NCBI GenBank assembly: GCA_035063585.1
Contig: JAPSGB010000008.1
Location: forward strand, 1-64,000
Origin: Polyangiaceae bacterium
GTDB lineage: Bacteria > Myxococcota_A > Polyangia > Polyangiales > Polyangiaceae
Reading direction: 5' to 3'
DNA length: 64,000 nucleotides
The translations under genes were made by a program, and so were the position numbers. A model generated the notes under the pieces. It was not told the DNA's origin and made no database searches. It saw nothing but the letters and a program-made list of their open reading frames with translations. Position 1 is the stretch's first letter. Every line of letters starts with the position of its first letter. Below are positions 19,587 through 28,395 of the stretch, piece by piece.

Positions 19587-20240
19587 GTGGAGAGTGAACC
19601 GAGTGAGCGTCTCGAGGCCGCCCGTCGCGAGATGGTGCGCGCCGGGCTCCGTGGTCGGGGCATCAAGGACGAGCGCGTGCTCGCCGCCATGGAGCGCGTG
19701 CCGCGCGAGCGTTTCATCCCGGAGTCGTTCCGCGCCGCGGCGTACGCGGATCGGCCGCTCCCCATCGGCCTCGAGCAGACCATCTCGCAGCCGCTCATGG
19801 TGGCTGCCATGCTGGAGGCGCTCGAGCTCCGCGGCGAGGAGCGCGTGCTCGAGGTCGGCGCGGGCTCCGGGTACCTGGCGGCGCTGCTCGGTGAGCTCGC
19901 ACGCGAGGTGATCGCGGTCGAGATCATCCCCGAGCTCGCCGCGCGCGCGCGGCAGACGCTCGCCGAACTCGGGGTGACGAACGTCCGCGTCGAGCTCGGT
20001 GACGGCGGCGTGGGCTATCCATCTGCGGCGCCCTATGACGCCATCGTGGTCTCGGCGGGCGCGCCCGACGTCCCCTTCGAGCTCTTGGCGGAGCTCGGCC
20101 CGGCCGGGCGCCTCGTGATCCCGGTGGGTCGTGAGCCGCAGGAGCTGGTTCGTATGCGCCGTCGGGGAGCGACCTTCTCGCGAGAGTCACTCGGGAGCTG
20201 CTCGTTCGTGCCGCTGACGGGCGCACGAGGCTGGGAATAG
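19587..20240 (+). CDS. pcm: Protein-L-isoaspartate O-methyltransferase
   Basis: VPRERF, QTISQP, VLEVGAGSGY, APYDAI, FVPL; start approximate (GTG 19587). Confidence 0.92.
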   Translation: MESEPSERLEAARREMVRAGLRGRGIKDERVLAAMERVPRERFIPESFRAAAYADRPLPIGLEQTISQPLMVAAMLEALELRGEERVLEVGAGSGYLAALLGELAREVIAVEIIPELAARARQTLAELGVTNVRVELGDGGVGYPSAAPYDAIVVSAGAPDVPFELLAELGPAGRLVIPVGREPQELVRMRRRGATFSRESLGSCSFVPLTGARGWE

Positions 20241-20242
20241 GC

Positions 20243-20258
20243 TGGCAAGGTTCCTGCA
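20243..20258 (+). promoter_or_regulatory. Putative sigma54 -24/-12 promoter for usp
   Basis: TGGCAAGGTTCCTGCA, GG-N10-GC, 2 mismatches to TGGCACGRNNNTTGCW. Confidence 0.5.
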
Positions 20259-20279
20259 CGGCGCTCTCCGGAGGTTCGT

Positions 20280-20729
20280 ATGAGCGTCTTTCGCCGCATC
20301 CTCGTGCCCATCGACTTCAACCCGTCGTCCGACCGGGCGCTCGAGCTCGCCGTGTCGCTCGCCGAGGCACACCAGGCAGAGCTCGTCGTCGTGCACGTGG
20401 TCGAGGTCCCCATCTACCCGTACACCACGCAAGTGATCCCCGAGGCGGATCTGCTCACTCCGCTCGAGGATGCCGCGCGCGTCGAGCTCGAGCGGACCAT
20501 CACGCGCGTGCGCGAGCGGCTCCCGGGAGCGGGCGCCGAGCTCCGCCGCGGGCTCGCCTGGCAGGAGGTGCTGGCGGCGGTCGAGCGCTCGAAGGCGGAT
20601 CTCATCGTGATGGGCACGCGCGGCCGCCGCGGCGTCGCGCACCTCTTGCTCGGTAGCGTGGCCGAGAAGCTCGTGCGCCTCTCCCCGGTGCCGGTGCTCA
20701 CCGTGCACGCCGAGCCGACCCCGTCCTGA
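20280..20729 (+). CDS. Universal stress protein (UspA family)
   Basis: RILVPIDF, DLIVMGTRG, LLGSVAEKLVR..PVPVL. Confidence 0.93.
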   Translation: MSVFRRILVPIDFNPSSDRALELAVSLAEAHQAELVVVHVVEVPIYPYTTQVIPEADLLTPLEDAARVELERTITRVRERLPGAGAELRRGLAWQEVLAAVERSKADLIVMGTRGRRGVAHLLLGSVAEKLVRLSPVPVLTVHAEPTPS

Positions 20730-20895
20730 GGGGGGCGCTTCGTCGCGGCCGGCGCCCGGGAGCGGCGGCGGCGCGTGACGCGCGACCCCGAACCTCGGCG
20801 TTCGCGTACGAAGACTCTGCGGGCGCGAGCCCGCCCCGCGCAAATGCTTCGCGCGGATCCCGGATGGCGGAGCCGCGCGGAACGACCGGCGCGCG

Positions 20896-21666
20896 TCAGT
20901 TCTCGCGCGTCATGGAGCTCGGGATGCCGCGCCGCTTCTGCCCGACGATCGCGTAGTAATAGAGGGCGCGGCCCTCGATGCTGAGCCGGTGACAGTATCG
21001 CTCGAGGCGGTGGAGCTTGAGGTAGTCCTCGTGGATGAGCCGCTTCACGAAGCGCGAGAACCCGCTCGCGTCCCCGGTGTCGAGGAACGTCTCCTTGATG
21101 TTGAAGGCGATCCAGCCGTCGTCTCTCACGAGGTCATGAGCGGCCGCGAAGGCGGTGACCGGGATGTCCCCGAAGCCGAGCGCCGCGACCGTGGTCATGG
21201 CGTCGAAATTCCAGGATCTCAGCTCCCCCTCGACGCTGGGCGCGAGCCGGGAGAGATCGGTCACGTAATAGGCGTCGTAGATCCCCGGGCGATCGCGCTC
21301 GGCGGCCCGCTCGGCCTCGTCGATGTGGTCTACCCCGACGATCCGCGCTGCGCCGCGCTCGGCGATCAGCTCGCCGACCATGCCGTTGCCCGCGCCCACG
21401 TCGAGGACGCGAAGCTCGGAGGGGTCCTGCCCCGCGTTCGAGACCGCGGAGCGCAGGAGCTCGGTGACCTTGGCCGGTGAGGAGCACTTCAGCCGATCGT
21501 AGAAGAGCTGCTCGTAGAGGCCCGGATATCGGTAGATGTCCGCGTAGTCATGGAACCCGATGGTCCGCTCCGCGCCGCCCTCCATGATGGTGAAATAGGA
21601 CTCGTTTTGCGCCGACCCGGTGAGATCGGCGCTCGGGAATCGGATCTGGTATCGCTTCGAACGCAT
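20896..21666 (-). CDS. Class I SAM-dependent methyltransferase
   Basis: VLDVGAGNG motif I; start MRSKRY at 21666. Confidence 0.8.
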   Translation of the reverse strand: MRSKRYQIRFPSADLTGSAQNESYFTIMEGGAERTIGFHDYADIYRYPGLYEQLFYDRLKCSSPAKVTELLRSAVSNAGQDPSELRVLDVGAGNGMVGELIAERGAARIVGVDHIDEAERAAERDRPGIYDAYYVTDLSRLAPSVEGELRSWNFDAMTTVAALGFGDIPVTAFAAAHDLVRDDGWIAFNIKETFLDTGDASGFSRFVKRLIHEDYLKLHRLERYCHRLSIEGRALYYYAIVGQKRRGIPSSMTREN

Positions 21667-21885
21667 GGTCGTCGTGGCCTCCTTCTGGGATGCGCGCCGC
21701 GAGAACGAACGGAGCGACAACGCCCGAAGACGCTGCTCGAGGCTCCGACGACGGCACGGGAGGCACCGACGCGCGACACTCGTTCCTCCACTTCTGGCTC
21801 ATTTCGCGGTCGATCGCAACGATTCATCGGCCAGGCTCGCTCTTCGCGCCGCGCGCGAGCGTGGTCCGGCCGCTCGGGCGGGCCC

Positions 21886-21908
21886 CCGCGCGGTTCCGCG
21901 CCGGGCCG
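21886..21908 (-). repeat. REP-like dispersed repeat copy
   Basis: ccgcgcggttccgcgccgggccg, reverse complement of the copy at 2045. Confidence 0.75.
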
Positions 21909-21934
21909 CCCCCAAGAAATTCTCGCCCGATGGG

Positions 21935-21975
21935 TTGACGAATCGTCAGCTAACTATTATCTGACGATTCGTCAG
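21935..21975 (+). promoter_or_regulatory. Twin palindromic TetR operators overlapping a TTGACG -35 element
   Basis: TGACGA-A-TCGTCA (21936-21948) and CTGACGA-T-TCGTCAG (21961-21975) flanking an AT-rich spacer; ATG at 21979. Confidence 0.8.
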
Positions 21976-21978
21976 ACG

Positions 21979-22599
21979 ATGCCCCGCCCGATCGATCCCG
22001 AGAAGCGCCGAGAGCTGGCGCGCCGCGCGGTGGCGGTGCTCGAGCGCGAAGGGCTCGAGATCTCGATCTCTCGGCTCGCCGAGGCGCTCGGCGTGAAGCG
22101 ACCCACGCTCCTCTACCACTTCCCGACGCTCAGCCACATCGTCGAGCTGGCGCTGGAGGATCTGCTCACCGAGCAGGCCGCCTTCGTGCTGCCGAGGATC
22201 GCGGCGCGGCGCCACCCCATCGATCAGCTCTACGCCCAGGTGCGCGCCATCCATGAGTTCCATCGCGGTCGTGAGGAGCGCGTCGTGTTCTTGACGCAGG
22301 CCATCGCGGCTTCGGCGGGCGGGCGACTCGCGCAGATCATCGAGGCGGGCAATCGCGTGTTCGCCCCCTACCGAGAGGCGATGGCGGAGCGGCTCCGCGC
22401 GGCGATCCGCGAGGGGACGGTCGCCCCATGCGACGTGGACGCGCTCATGGCGCTGCTCCGGGCCGTCACCGACGGGCTCATGGTGCAGCGGGTGGTGATG
22501 GACGTCGATCTCGAGCCGGTGCACGAGCTCCTCTGGAGGCAAGTGCTCGGCCCGCTCAAGAGGACCAAGGCGCAGCACGCGCGGAGGAGAACGGCATGA
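21979..22599 (+). CDS. TetR/AcrR family regulator
   Basis: MPRPIDPEKRR...LAEALGVKRPTLLYHF HTH. Confidence 0.9.
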   Translation: MPRPIDPEKRRELARRAVAVLEREGLEISISRLAEALGVKRPTLLYHFPTLSHIVELALEDLLTEQAAFVLPRIAARRHPIDQLYAQVRAIHEFHRGREERVVFLTQAIAASAGGRLAQIIEAGNRVFAPYREAMAERLRAAIREGTVAPCDVDALMALLRAVTDGLMVQRVVMDVDLEPVHELLWRQVLGPLKRTKAQHARRRTA

Positions 22600-24014
22600 C
22601 GAAGGCATTTCCCGAGCGCGGCATCCCGCGCGAAGCGATCCTGGCGCGGCTCGGCGCGCAGAAGGAGGGCGACCTCGCCAGCGACGGCCGCGCCTTCGCG
22701 TTCGTCTACGACGCGGGGGACGAGCTGCGCGGGCTCGCGCGAGAGGCGTTCGCGGCGTGCATGGGCATCAATGGGCTCGATCCCACCGTGTATCCCTCCG
22801 CGCGCCGCATCGAGAGCCAGGTGGTGCACGCGGCGCTCGAGCTCTTGAACGCCCCGGAAGGGGCGGTCGGGACCGCGACCGCAGGTGGCACGGAGAGCGT
22901 GATGCTGGCGGTGAAGACCGCTCGGGACTTCTTCCGCGACCGGGTGAAGCGGCCGAAGATGCTGCTGCCCGAGACGGCGCACGCCTGCTTTCACAAGGCC
23001 GCGCACTACCTCGGCGTCGAGGTGGTGGTGGTGGACGTCGATCCGGTGACCATGCGCGCGAGCGTGGCCGACGCGCGCGCGAAGCTGGACGATGACGTCG
23101 TCTTGGTGGTCGGCTCGGCGCCGAGCTACGCGCACGCGGTCATCGATCCCATCGCGGAGCTGGCGGAGCTCGCCCAGCAGCGCGGGGTCCTGATGCACGT
23201 GGACGCCTGCGTGGGCGGATGCGTGCTGCCGTTCATGCGCGACAACGGGGTCGAGCTGCCGCCCTTCGACTTTCTGGTCGAGGGAGTGACCAGCATCTCG
23301 CTCGATCTTCACAAGTATGGATTCGCGCCGAAGGGGATCTCGCTCCTGCTCCAGCGGCGACGCGAGCTCCGCGACGCGCAATATTACGCGTGCGCGCGCT
23401 GGCCGGGCTACGCCATCGTGAACTCGACCACGCTCGGCTCGAAGTCGGTGGCTGCGATGGGCGCGGCCTCCGCCATCATCGAGTGGCTCGGGCGCGAAGG
23501 CTACCGGGCGCGAGCCCGTGAGATGTGGGCAGCCACCGAGAAGCTGGTCGCCGCCATCGATGAGCTCGACGGCGTCCACCTGGTCGCTCGTCCTGACATG
23601 AATCTGCTCGCCTTCACGACCGACGGCGGGGACGTGTTCGAGCTCGCCGACCGGCTCACCGAGCGCGGCTGGCACGTGCAGCCGACCTACGCCTACGGGC
23701 GCTCGCCGGCGCACATCCACTTGACCCTCGACCCCGGCAACGCGGCGCGTGTGGACGCCTTCATCGCGGATCTGCGGGCGAGCGTGGTCGGGCTCCCGCC
23801 CACCGAGCTCCCGCCGGAGGGCGTGGTCGCCATGCTCGAGCACCTCGGGTCCGGCGGCGGTGGGGCCGACACCGGCGCGCTCATGAACGAGCTCGGCATC
23901 ACCGACGGTCGCATGCCTGAGCGGAGCGGTGCCATCCACCGGCTCCTGAACGCGGCATCGCCCGGGACGCGCGAGCGGCTGCTCGTGCTCTTCATCGGGG
24001 AGCTCTTCTCATGA
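22596..24014 (+). CDS. PLP-dependent sphingosine-1-phosphate lyase-like protein (group II decarboxylase fold)
   Basis: GGTES, AHACFHKAA, HVDACVGG, SISLDLHKYGFAPKG; start MTKAFP at 22596 after GGAGGAG, ATGA overlap with tetR. Confidence 0.85.
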   Translation: MTKAFPERGIPREAILARLGAQKEGDLASDGRAFAFVYDAGDELRGLAREAFAACMGINGLDPTVYPSARRIESQVVHAALELLNAPEGAVGTATAGGTESVMLAVKTARDFFRDRVKRPKMLLPETAHACFHKAAHYLGVEVVVVDVDPVTMRASVADARAKLDDDVVLVVGSAPSYAHAVIDPIAELAELAQQRGVLMHVDACVGGCVLPFMRDNGVELPPFDFLVEGVTSISLDLHKYGFAPKGISLLLQRRRELRDAQYYACARWPGYAIVNSTTLGSKSVAAMGAASAIIEWLGREGYRARAREMWAATEKLVAAIDELDGVHLVARPDMNLLAFTTDGGDVFELADRLTERGWHVQPTYAYGRSPAHIHLTLDPGNAARVDAFIADLRASVVGLPPTELPPEGVVAMLEHLGSGGGGADTGALMNELGITDGRMPERSGAIHRLLNAASPGTRERLLVLFIGELFS

Positions 24015-25543
24015 TCCGGCTGGGTCGCGGCGGTCGCCCGCTCCGCATCGGTTACGGGCGCATCTTTCACGAGGCGAACGCCTATTCGCCCATCCGGACG
24101 GTGCGCGCCGATTTCGAGCGCCTTCATCAGCTCGAGGGCGCCGAGCTCGCGCGGGCCGCGTCGCTCCGCGGGCAGGAGCTCGCCGCCTTCATGCCGCACG
24201 CGGAGCTCACCGGCTTCGTGCAGGCCGCGCGCGCGGCCGGCGGCGTCGAGGCGGTGCCTCTGACCTCGTCGTTCGCGGTGCCGAGCGGCCCGCTCACCCG
24301 CGAGTGCTTCGACTCGATCGTGGCCGGGCTCGCCGATGCAGCGCGGAGCGCGGGGCCGCTCGACGGGATCTACCTCGCGCTCCACGGCTCGATGCAGGTG
24401 GACGGGCTCGGCGAGGCCCCCGAGACGGTCATCATCCGGCGCGTTCGCGAGGCCGCGCCGGGAGCGCGCATCGCGGTGAGCTACGACCTCCACGCGAACC
24501 TGTCGTCGGGGATGGTGGACCCGACCGAGGTCATGGTCGCCTATCGCACGAACCCCCACTGGGACTTCGCACCGACCGGGTTTCGTGCCGGAAATCGCCT
24601 GATCCGCGCGCTTCGCGGTCAGGTGCGCCCGGTCCACGCCTGGCGGAAGCTGCCGATGGTGCTCGGGGGAGGGATGACCATCGATTTTCTCGCGCCGATG
24701 CGCGGCGTGTTCCGCTGGATGCGTCACCTCGAGCGCGATCCTCGGGTGCTCACCGCGAGCCTATTCATGGTGCACCCCTACACGGCCGCCAAGGATCTCG
24801 GCTGGGCCGCGCACGTGTGCACCGACGGTGATCGCGAGCTCGCCGAGCGGCTCGCCGACCAGCTCGCCGAGCGCGCCTGGAAGCAGCGGGACGTCCCCAT
24901 GCCGCCGCTCCGCGGGGTGGATGCGGCGCTCGACGAGGTCCGCGCGTCCGGCTGGAGACGGCTCGGCCCCGTCACGCTCGTCGACGTGGATGACATCGTC
25001 GGGGCGGGCGCCCCCGGCGGGAACACCCACATCGTCGAGGCCCTCGCTCGCGACGATCGCGGCTTGAAGGCCTTCGTACCGGTGCACGATCCGGACGTGG
25101 CGCTGGCGGCCTTCGGCGAGCCGATCGGTACGCGGCGGCGCTTCACGCTCCGCGGCACCCCGGGCTATGGGCAGCCGGAGGTGAACCTCGACGCTACCGT
25201 GGCCGCGCGCACCGAGGGCGAGTTCGGACGCACGGTCCGCCTCGACACGGGTTCTTTCCATGTGGTCGTCTCGGAGCGCTCGCCGCTGCCCATCCACCCG
25301 AGCTTCTGGGCGAAGGTGGGGCTGGCGGCGCGCGACGCCGATCTCATCGTCCAGAAGAATTTCTTCCACTACCGGCTCTTCTACGCCACGACCTCGTTCC
25401 GGCACTTGCCGGTGGTGAGCGACGGAGCGACCAGCTTCAAGCGCGTGCTCGCCGGCCCCTACGAGCTGCCGCGCCACCCTTCGACGAGGATCTCCGACTG
25501 GCGAACCTACGACGAGGCGCTCCGAAACTCGAGCTTTGCCTGA
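24011..25543 (+). CDS. M81 family metallopeptidase (MlrC-like)
   Basis: FHEANAYSP, LALHGSM, DLHANL, YRTNPH, D..GAGAPG motifs; ATGA overlap. Confidence 0.85.
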   Translation: MIRLGRGGRPLRIGYGRIFHEANAYSPIRTVRADFERLHQLEGAELARAASLRGQELAAFMPHAELTGFVQAARAAGGVEAVPLTSSFAVPSGPLTRECFDSIVAGLADAARSAGPLDGIYLALHGSMQVDGLGEAPETVIIRRVREAAPGARIAVSYDLHANLSSGMVDPTEVMVAYRTNPHWDFAPTGFRAGNRLIRALRGQVRPVHAWRKLPMVLGGGMTIDFLAPMRGVFRWMRHLERDPRVLTASLFMVHPYTAAKDLGWAAHVCTDGDRELAERLADQLAERAWKQRDVPMPPLRGVDAALDEVRASGWRRLGPVTLVDVDDIVGAGAPGGNTHIVEALARDDRGLKAFVPVHDPDVALAAFGEPIGTRRRFTLRGTPGYGQPEVNLDATVAARTEGEFGRTVRLDTGSFHVVVSERSPLPIHPSFWAKVGLAARDADLIVQKNFFHYRLFYATTSFRHLPVVSDGATSFKRVLAGPYELPRHPSTRISDWRTYDEALRNSSFA

Positions 25544-25572
25544 GGCTCGACGGAGGGGGATGCTCTCCCTCC

Positions 25573-26679
25573 GTGACTCGGAGACACTCGAGAGCCGCGG
25601 CTCACCGGCCTGTCGGCGAGCCGTTTCCACCGAAGCCGCCGCTCAAGGGACGGCGCAGCGAGCTCGCCGTGCTCGCGCAGGTCCTCGGCGAGCGCCATCC
25701 GACGCGGCTCGCGCTCGTCGGGGGCGGCGGGAGCGGGAAATCCACCCTCGCCGCCGCGCTCGGTTACCGGGTCGCGGGGCGGTTTCCGGGTGGGGTCCAC
25801 TGGTTTCGGGTCGGCGCGTGGGACGTCCGCACCCTCGGCGAGATCCTGGCGCTCAGGTTCGGCGTCGCCCGAGCGCACCCGTGGAAGGGACTCCGCGCCA
25901 CCCTGTCATCGCGCGGCCCCATGCTCATCGTGCTCGACAACCATGAGGACGACCGCGCGATCGCCGCCCTCTTCGAGCGGCTCGGCGAGATCGACGCGAG
26001 CGTCCTCATCACCGCGCGCCGCTGCCTGCTCGCGGGCGTCTCGATCTTCCCCGTGGTGCCCCCGCTCATCACCTCGGGGCGCGCAGCGTTCCCGAGCGCG
26101 GCGGGGTTGACCCGCCTGCTACGCTTCAACCCGCTCGCGCTCGACGTCGCGAGCGCGCTCATCGAGAGCGGGGAGACGACCGCGCGCGCGCTCGGCGAGC
26201 ACCTCTCGGCGCGCGGAGTCGGGAGGGTTCGTGTCATCGAACACGAGGACGATCTCCCCGAGGTGAAGTCGTTGGTGGAGTTTGCGTGGCGCAGGCTCGA
26301 CGGTGCGGCCAAGCGGCTCCTCGCCGTCCTCGCCCACACGGACGGGGACCATATGGACCGCGCGTCGCTCCTTCGCCTCGCGCGCGGCGGCGCGCGAGGC
26401 GAAGCGGGGCTCGAGCGTCTCCGGCGATGGCACGTGGTGGAAGAGCCGGTGGCGGACCGATTCTCGCTCCACGCCACGGTGCGCTACGCCGTCCTCCGCA
26501 AGACCCGGTTCGACCTCGGGCGCTACTTCGAGCACTATCTCACGCTCCTCGAGGCACATCCCGAGCGGCTCGCGCTCGAGCAATCGCACCTCTTCGCCTC
26601 GATGGAGCTCGCCCATGGGCGCGGCCGTCTCGAGGACGCGCTCCGGTTGAACGCGCTCCTCGCGCGCCTCGAAGCGTGA
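25573..26679 (+). CDS. NB-ARC/STAND-like P-loop NTPase
   Basis: Walker A GGGGSGKST, Walker B LIVLDN, LITAR sensor, NPLAL (GxP-like), LHATVR (MHD-like). Confidence 0.75.
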   Translation: MTRRHSRAAAHRPVGEPFPPKPPLKGRRSELAVLAQVLGERHPTRLALVGGGGSGKSTLAAALGYRVAGRFPGGVHWFRVGAWDVRTLGEILALRFGVARAHPWKGLRATLSSRGPMLIVLDNHEDDRAIAALFERLGEIDASVLITARRCLLAGVSIFPVVPPLITSGRAAFPSAAGLTRLLRFNPLALDVASALIESGETTARALGEHLSARGVGRVRVIEHEDDLPEVKSLVEFAWRRLDGAAKRLLAVLAHTDGDHMDRASLLRLARGGARGEAGLERLRRWHVVEEPVADRFSLHATVRYAVLRKTRFDLGRYFEHYLTLLEAHPERLALEQSHLFASMELAHGRGRLEDALRLNALLARLEA

Positions 26680-26694
26680 GCGCGCGACCCCGAG

Positions 26695-28374
26695 CTACTT
26701 CTCGTGGCAGTCCTTGCACTCGCGAGCCGGGCGCCGGCCGGACGCGTGACACTCGTAGCAGAGCACGCTATCGTGCCCCTTGATGTCGAGGTGGTCGCGC
26801 GGCATCTGCCAGGGGTGCCAGTCAGGGTAGGGCTCGGCCACCGGCTCGCCGAACCGCGCCATCGGACCGCGAACGGGCTGGGTGTGGCAGGCGCCGTCGC
26901 AGGAGTGGGTGAGCACGCGGCCGTCGGGCGCTACGTGCCGCCCGTCGTGGCAACGGAAGCAGCCGGGCCAGTAGCGGTGCCCGAGGTTCACGGGATAGGT
27001 GCGCCAATCTACCTTCATCTTGGGGAAGACTCCGCGAGCGTAGATCGATGAGGTCACCTCGGCGGCGCGGTCCACGTCGCCCCTGCGGCTCGCGAGCAAC
27101 TCTGGGTAGCGCTTCGAATAGAAGTCGCGGACATAGGCGCGGATCCCCTGCTGCGCATCGTCCTCGTCCTGATACTCGCGGAACAGCGCGTCGACGGCGA
27201 CCTCTTTGATCCAGGGCAGATCCTTCGCGAGCAGCCCGCCGAGGAGCGCTTGATCGACCGTGGAGTCGGGGGTCGGGAAGTTGTGCGCCGGGCGGTTGTG
27301 GCAATCCATGCAGTCCATCTGGCGGCGAGGCAGCCTCTCCATCGCTGGGACGGTCATCTTGGACGCCGTGTCTACGTAGACGGTCTCCGAGCCGTCGGGG
27401 CGGCGAACCTTGACCCACGGGATCTTCTGCAGTCGCTCGTCCGCGGCCGCGTAGGTGACCGTGTTGTCGATGAGCATGTGCCAGTGGATGCCGTCGCCCT
27501 CGCCGTGCGCCGGCGAGCCGCCACCGATCTTGAGGTTCAGCGTGATCTGCTCGGCGTCGTTGCCCTCGTTGTAGCGGTAATGTGAGAGCTGCACCATCCG
27601 AGTGCCCCAGGCCTTCTCTCGCCAGTGGCAGTGCTCGCAGGTCTCGCGGGCGGGGCGGAGGTTGTGGACGGGCGTCGGGATCGGGCGCGCGTAGCGGTTG
27701 GTGATGACGCCCCAGAGCTGGCGAGCGCCGCTCATCTTGGATTTCAGATACCAGTCGACGCCCTCGCCAACGTGACACTCGACGCAGCGCACCCGCGCGT
27801 GCGGAGAGTCGAGGTAGGCGGTGTGCTCCGGCTGCATCGGCACGTGGCACACCTGCCCGCAGAAGGTCACGCTCTCGGTGTAGTGAAATCCTTGGTAGCT
27901 CGCCCAGACGAGCAGCACGGTGCCCACCGCGCCGGCGACGATGGCGCCGAGGAAGAACCGGCGTTGCCTCCGGTCGTTGAGATCGATGCGCGGGTAGGGC
28001 AGCGCGCCGAGCTGGTGGTGCTTCTTGCGCCGTCCGGCCTCCCAGCGCATGCCGCCGAGGATGAGCACGCCGCCCAGGCCCATGAAGCTCGGGAACAGGA
28101 TGTAGCTGAAGATGTCCGCGTAGGGGTTCGGGCGATCGCTGGTGAGCTGCGCGAGCACCGACAAGACAGTGAGCGCGGCGCCGAGGACCACCGTCATCGC
28201 GCCCACGTTGCTGACGATGTTGTAGTAGAGCGGCGCTGGCCGCGGCCGCTCCGGCGGCTCGCCGGATCCGGCGGGGGCGCCGGGGGGCGGTGCGCTCGGC
28301 TCGGCGCTCTCCGGGGCGCTCTCGGGTAGGGCGCTCTCGGGCGGGGCGGTGGGCTCGGCGTCTTCGTTGGTCAT
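26695..28374 (-). CDS. ImcH-like inner-membrane NapC/NirT multiheme cytochrome c (3 TM, 8 heme motifs)
   Basis: Three TM helices, then CGQVCH, CVECH, CEHCH, CMDCH, CFRCH, CDGACH, CYECH, CKDCH; SPHARV, PARETC, GIHWH and NRPAH segments recalled as typical of ImcH. Confidence 0.85.
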   Translation of the reverse strand: MTNEDAEPTAPPESALPESAPESAEPSAPPPGAPAGSGEPPERPRPAPLYYNIVSNVGAMTVVLGAALTVLSVLAQLTSDRPNPYADIFSYILFPSFMGLGGVLILGGMRWEAGRRKKHHQLGALPYPRIDLNDRRQRRFFLGAIVAGAVGTVLLVWASYQGFHYTESVTFCGQVCHVPMQPEHTAYLDSPHARVRCVECHVGEGVDWYLKSKMSGARQLWGVITNRYARPIPTPVHNLRPARETCEHCHWREKAWGTRMVQLSHYRYNEGNDAEQITLNLKIGGGSPAHGEGDGIHWHMLIDNTVTYAAADERLQKIPWVKVRRPDGSETVYVDTASKMTVPAMERLPRRQMDCMDCHNRPAHNFPTPDSTVDQALLGGLLAKDLPWIKEVAVDALFREYQDEDDAQQGIRAYVRDFYSKRYPELLASRRGDVDRAAEVTSSIYARGVFPKMKVDWRTYPVNLGHRYWPGCFRCHDGRHVAPDGRVLTHSCDGACHTQPVRGPMARFGEPVAEPYPDWHPWQMPRDHLDIKGHDSVLCYECHASGRRPARECKDCHEK

Positions 28375-28395
28375 GGTGGAGGCCTTCTCTCGACG

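Noticed and set aside
24011..25543. Microcystin degradation cluster
   Set aside because: No mlrA, mlrB or mlrD; the M81 family is widespread
3559..26679. Anti-phage defence island (MTase, WYL, STAND)
   Set aside because: The three genes are many kb apart among housekeeping and metabolic genes, with no nuclease or effector
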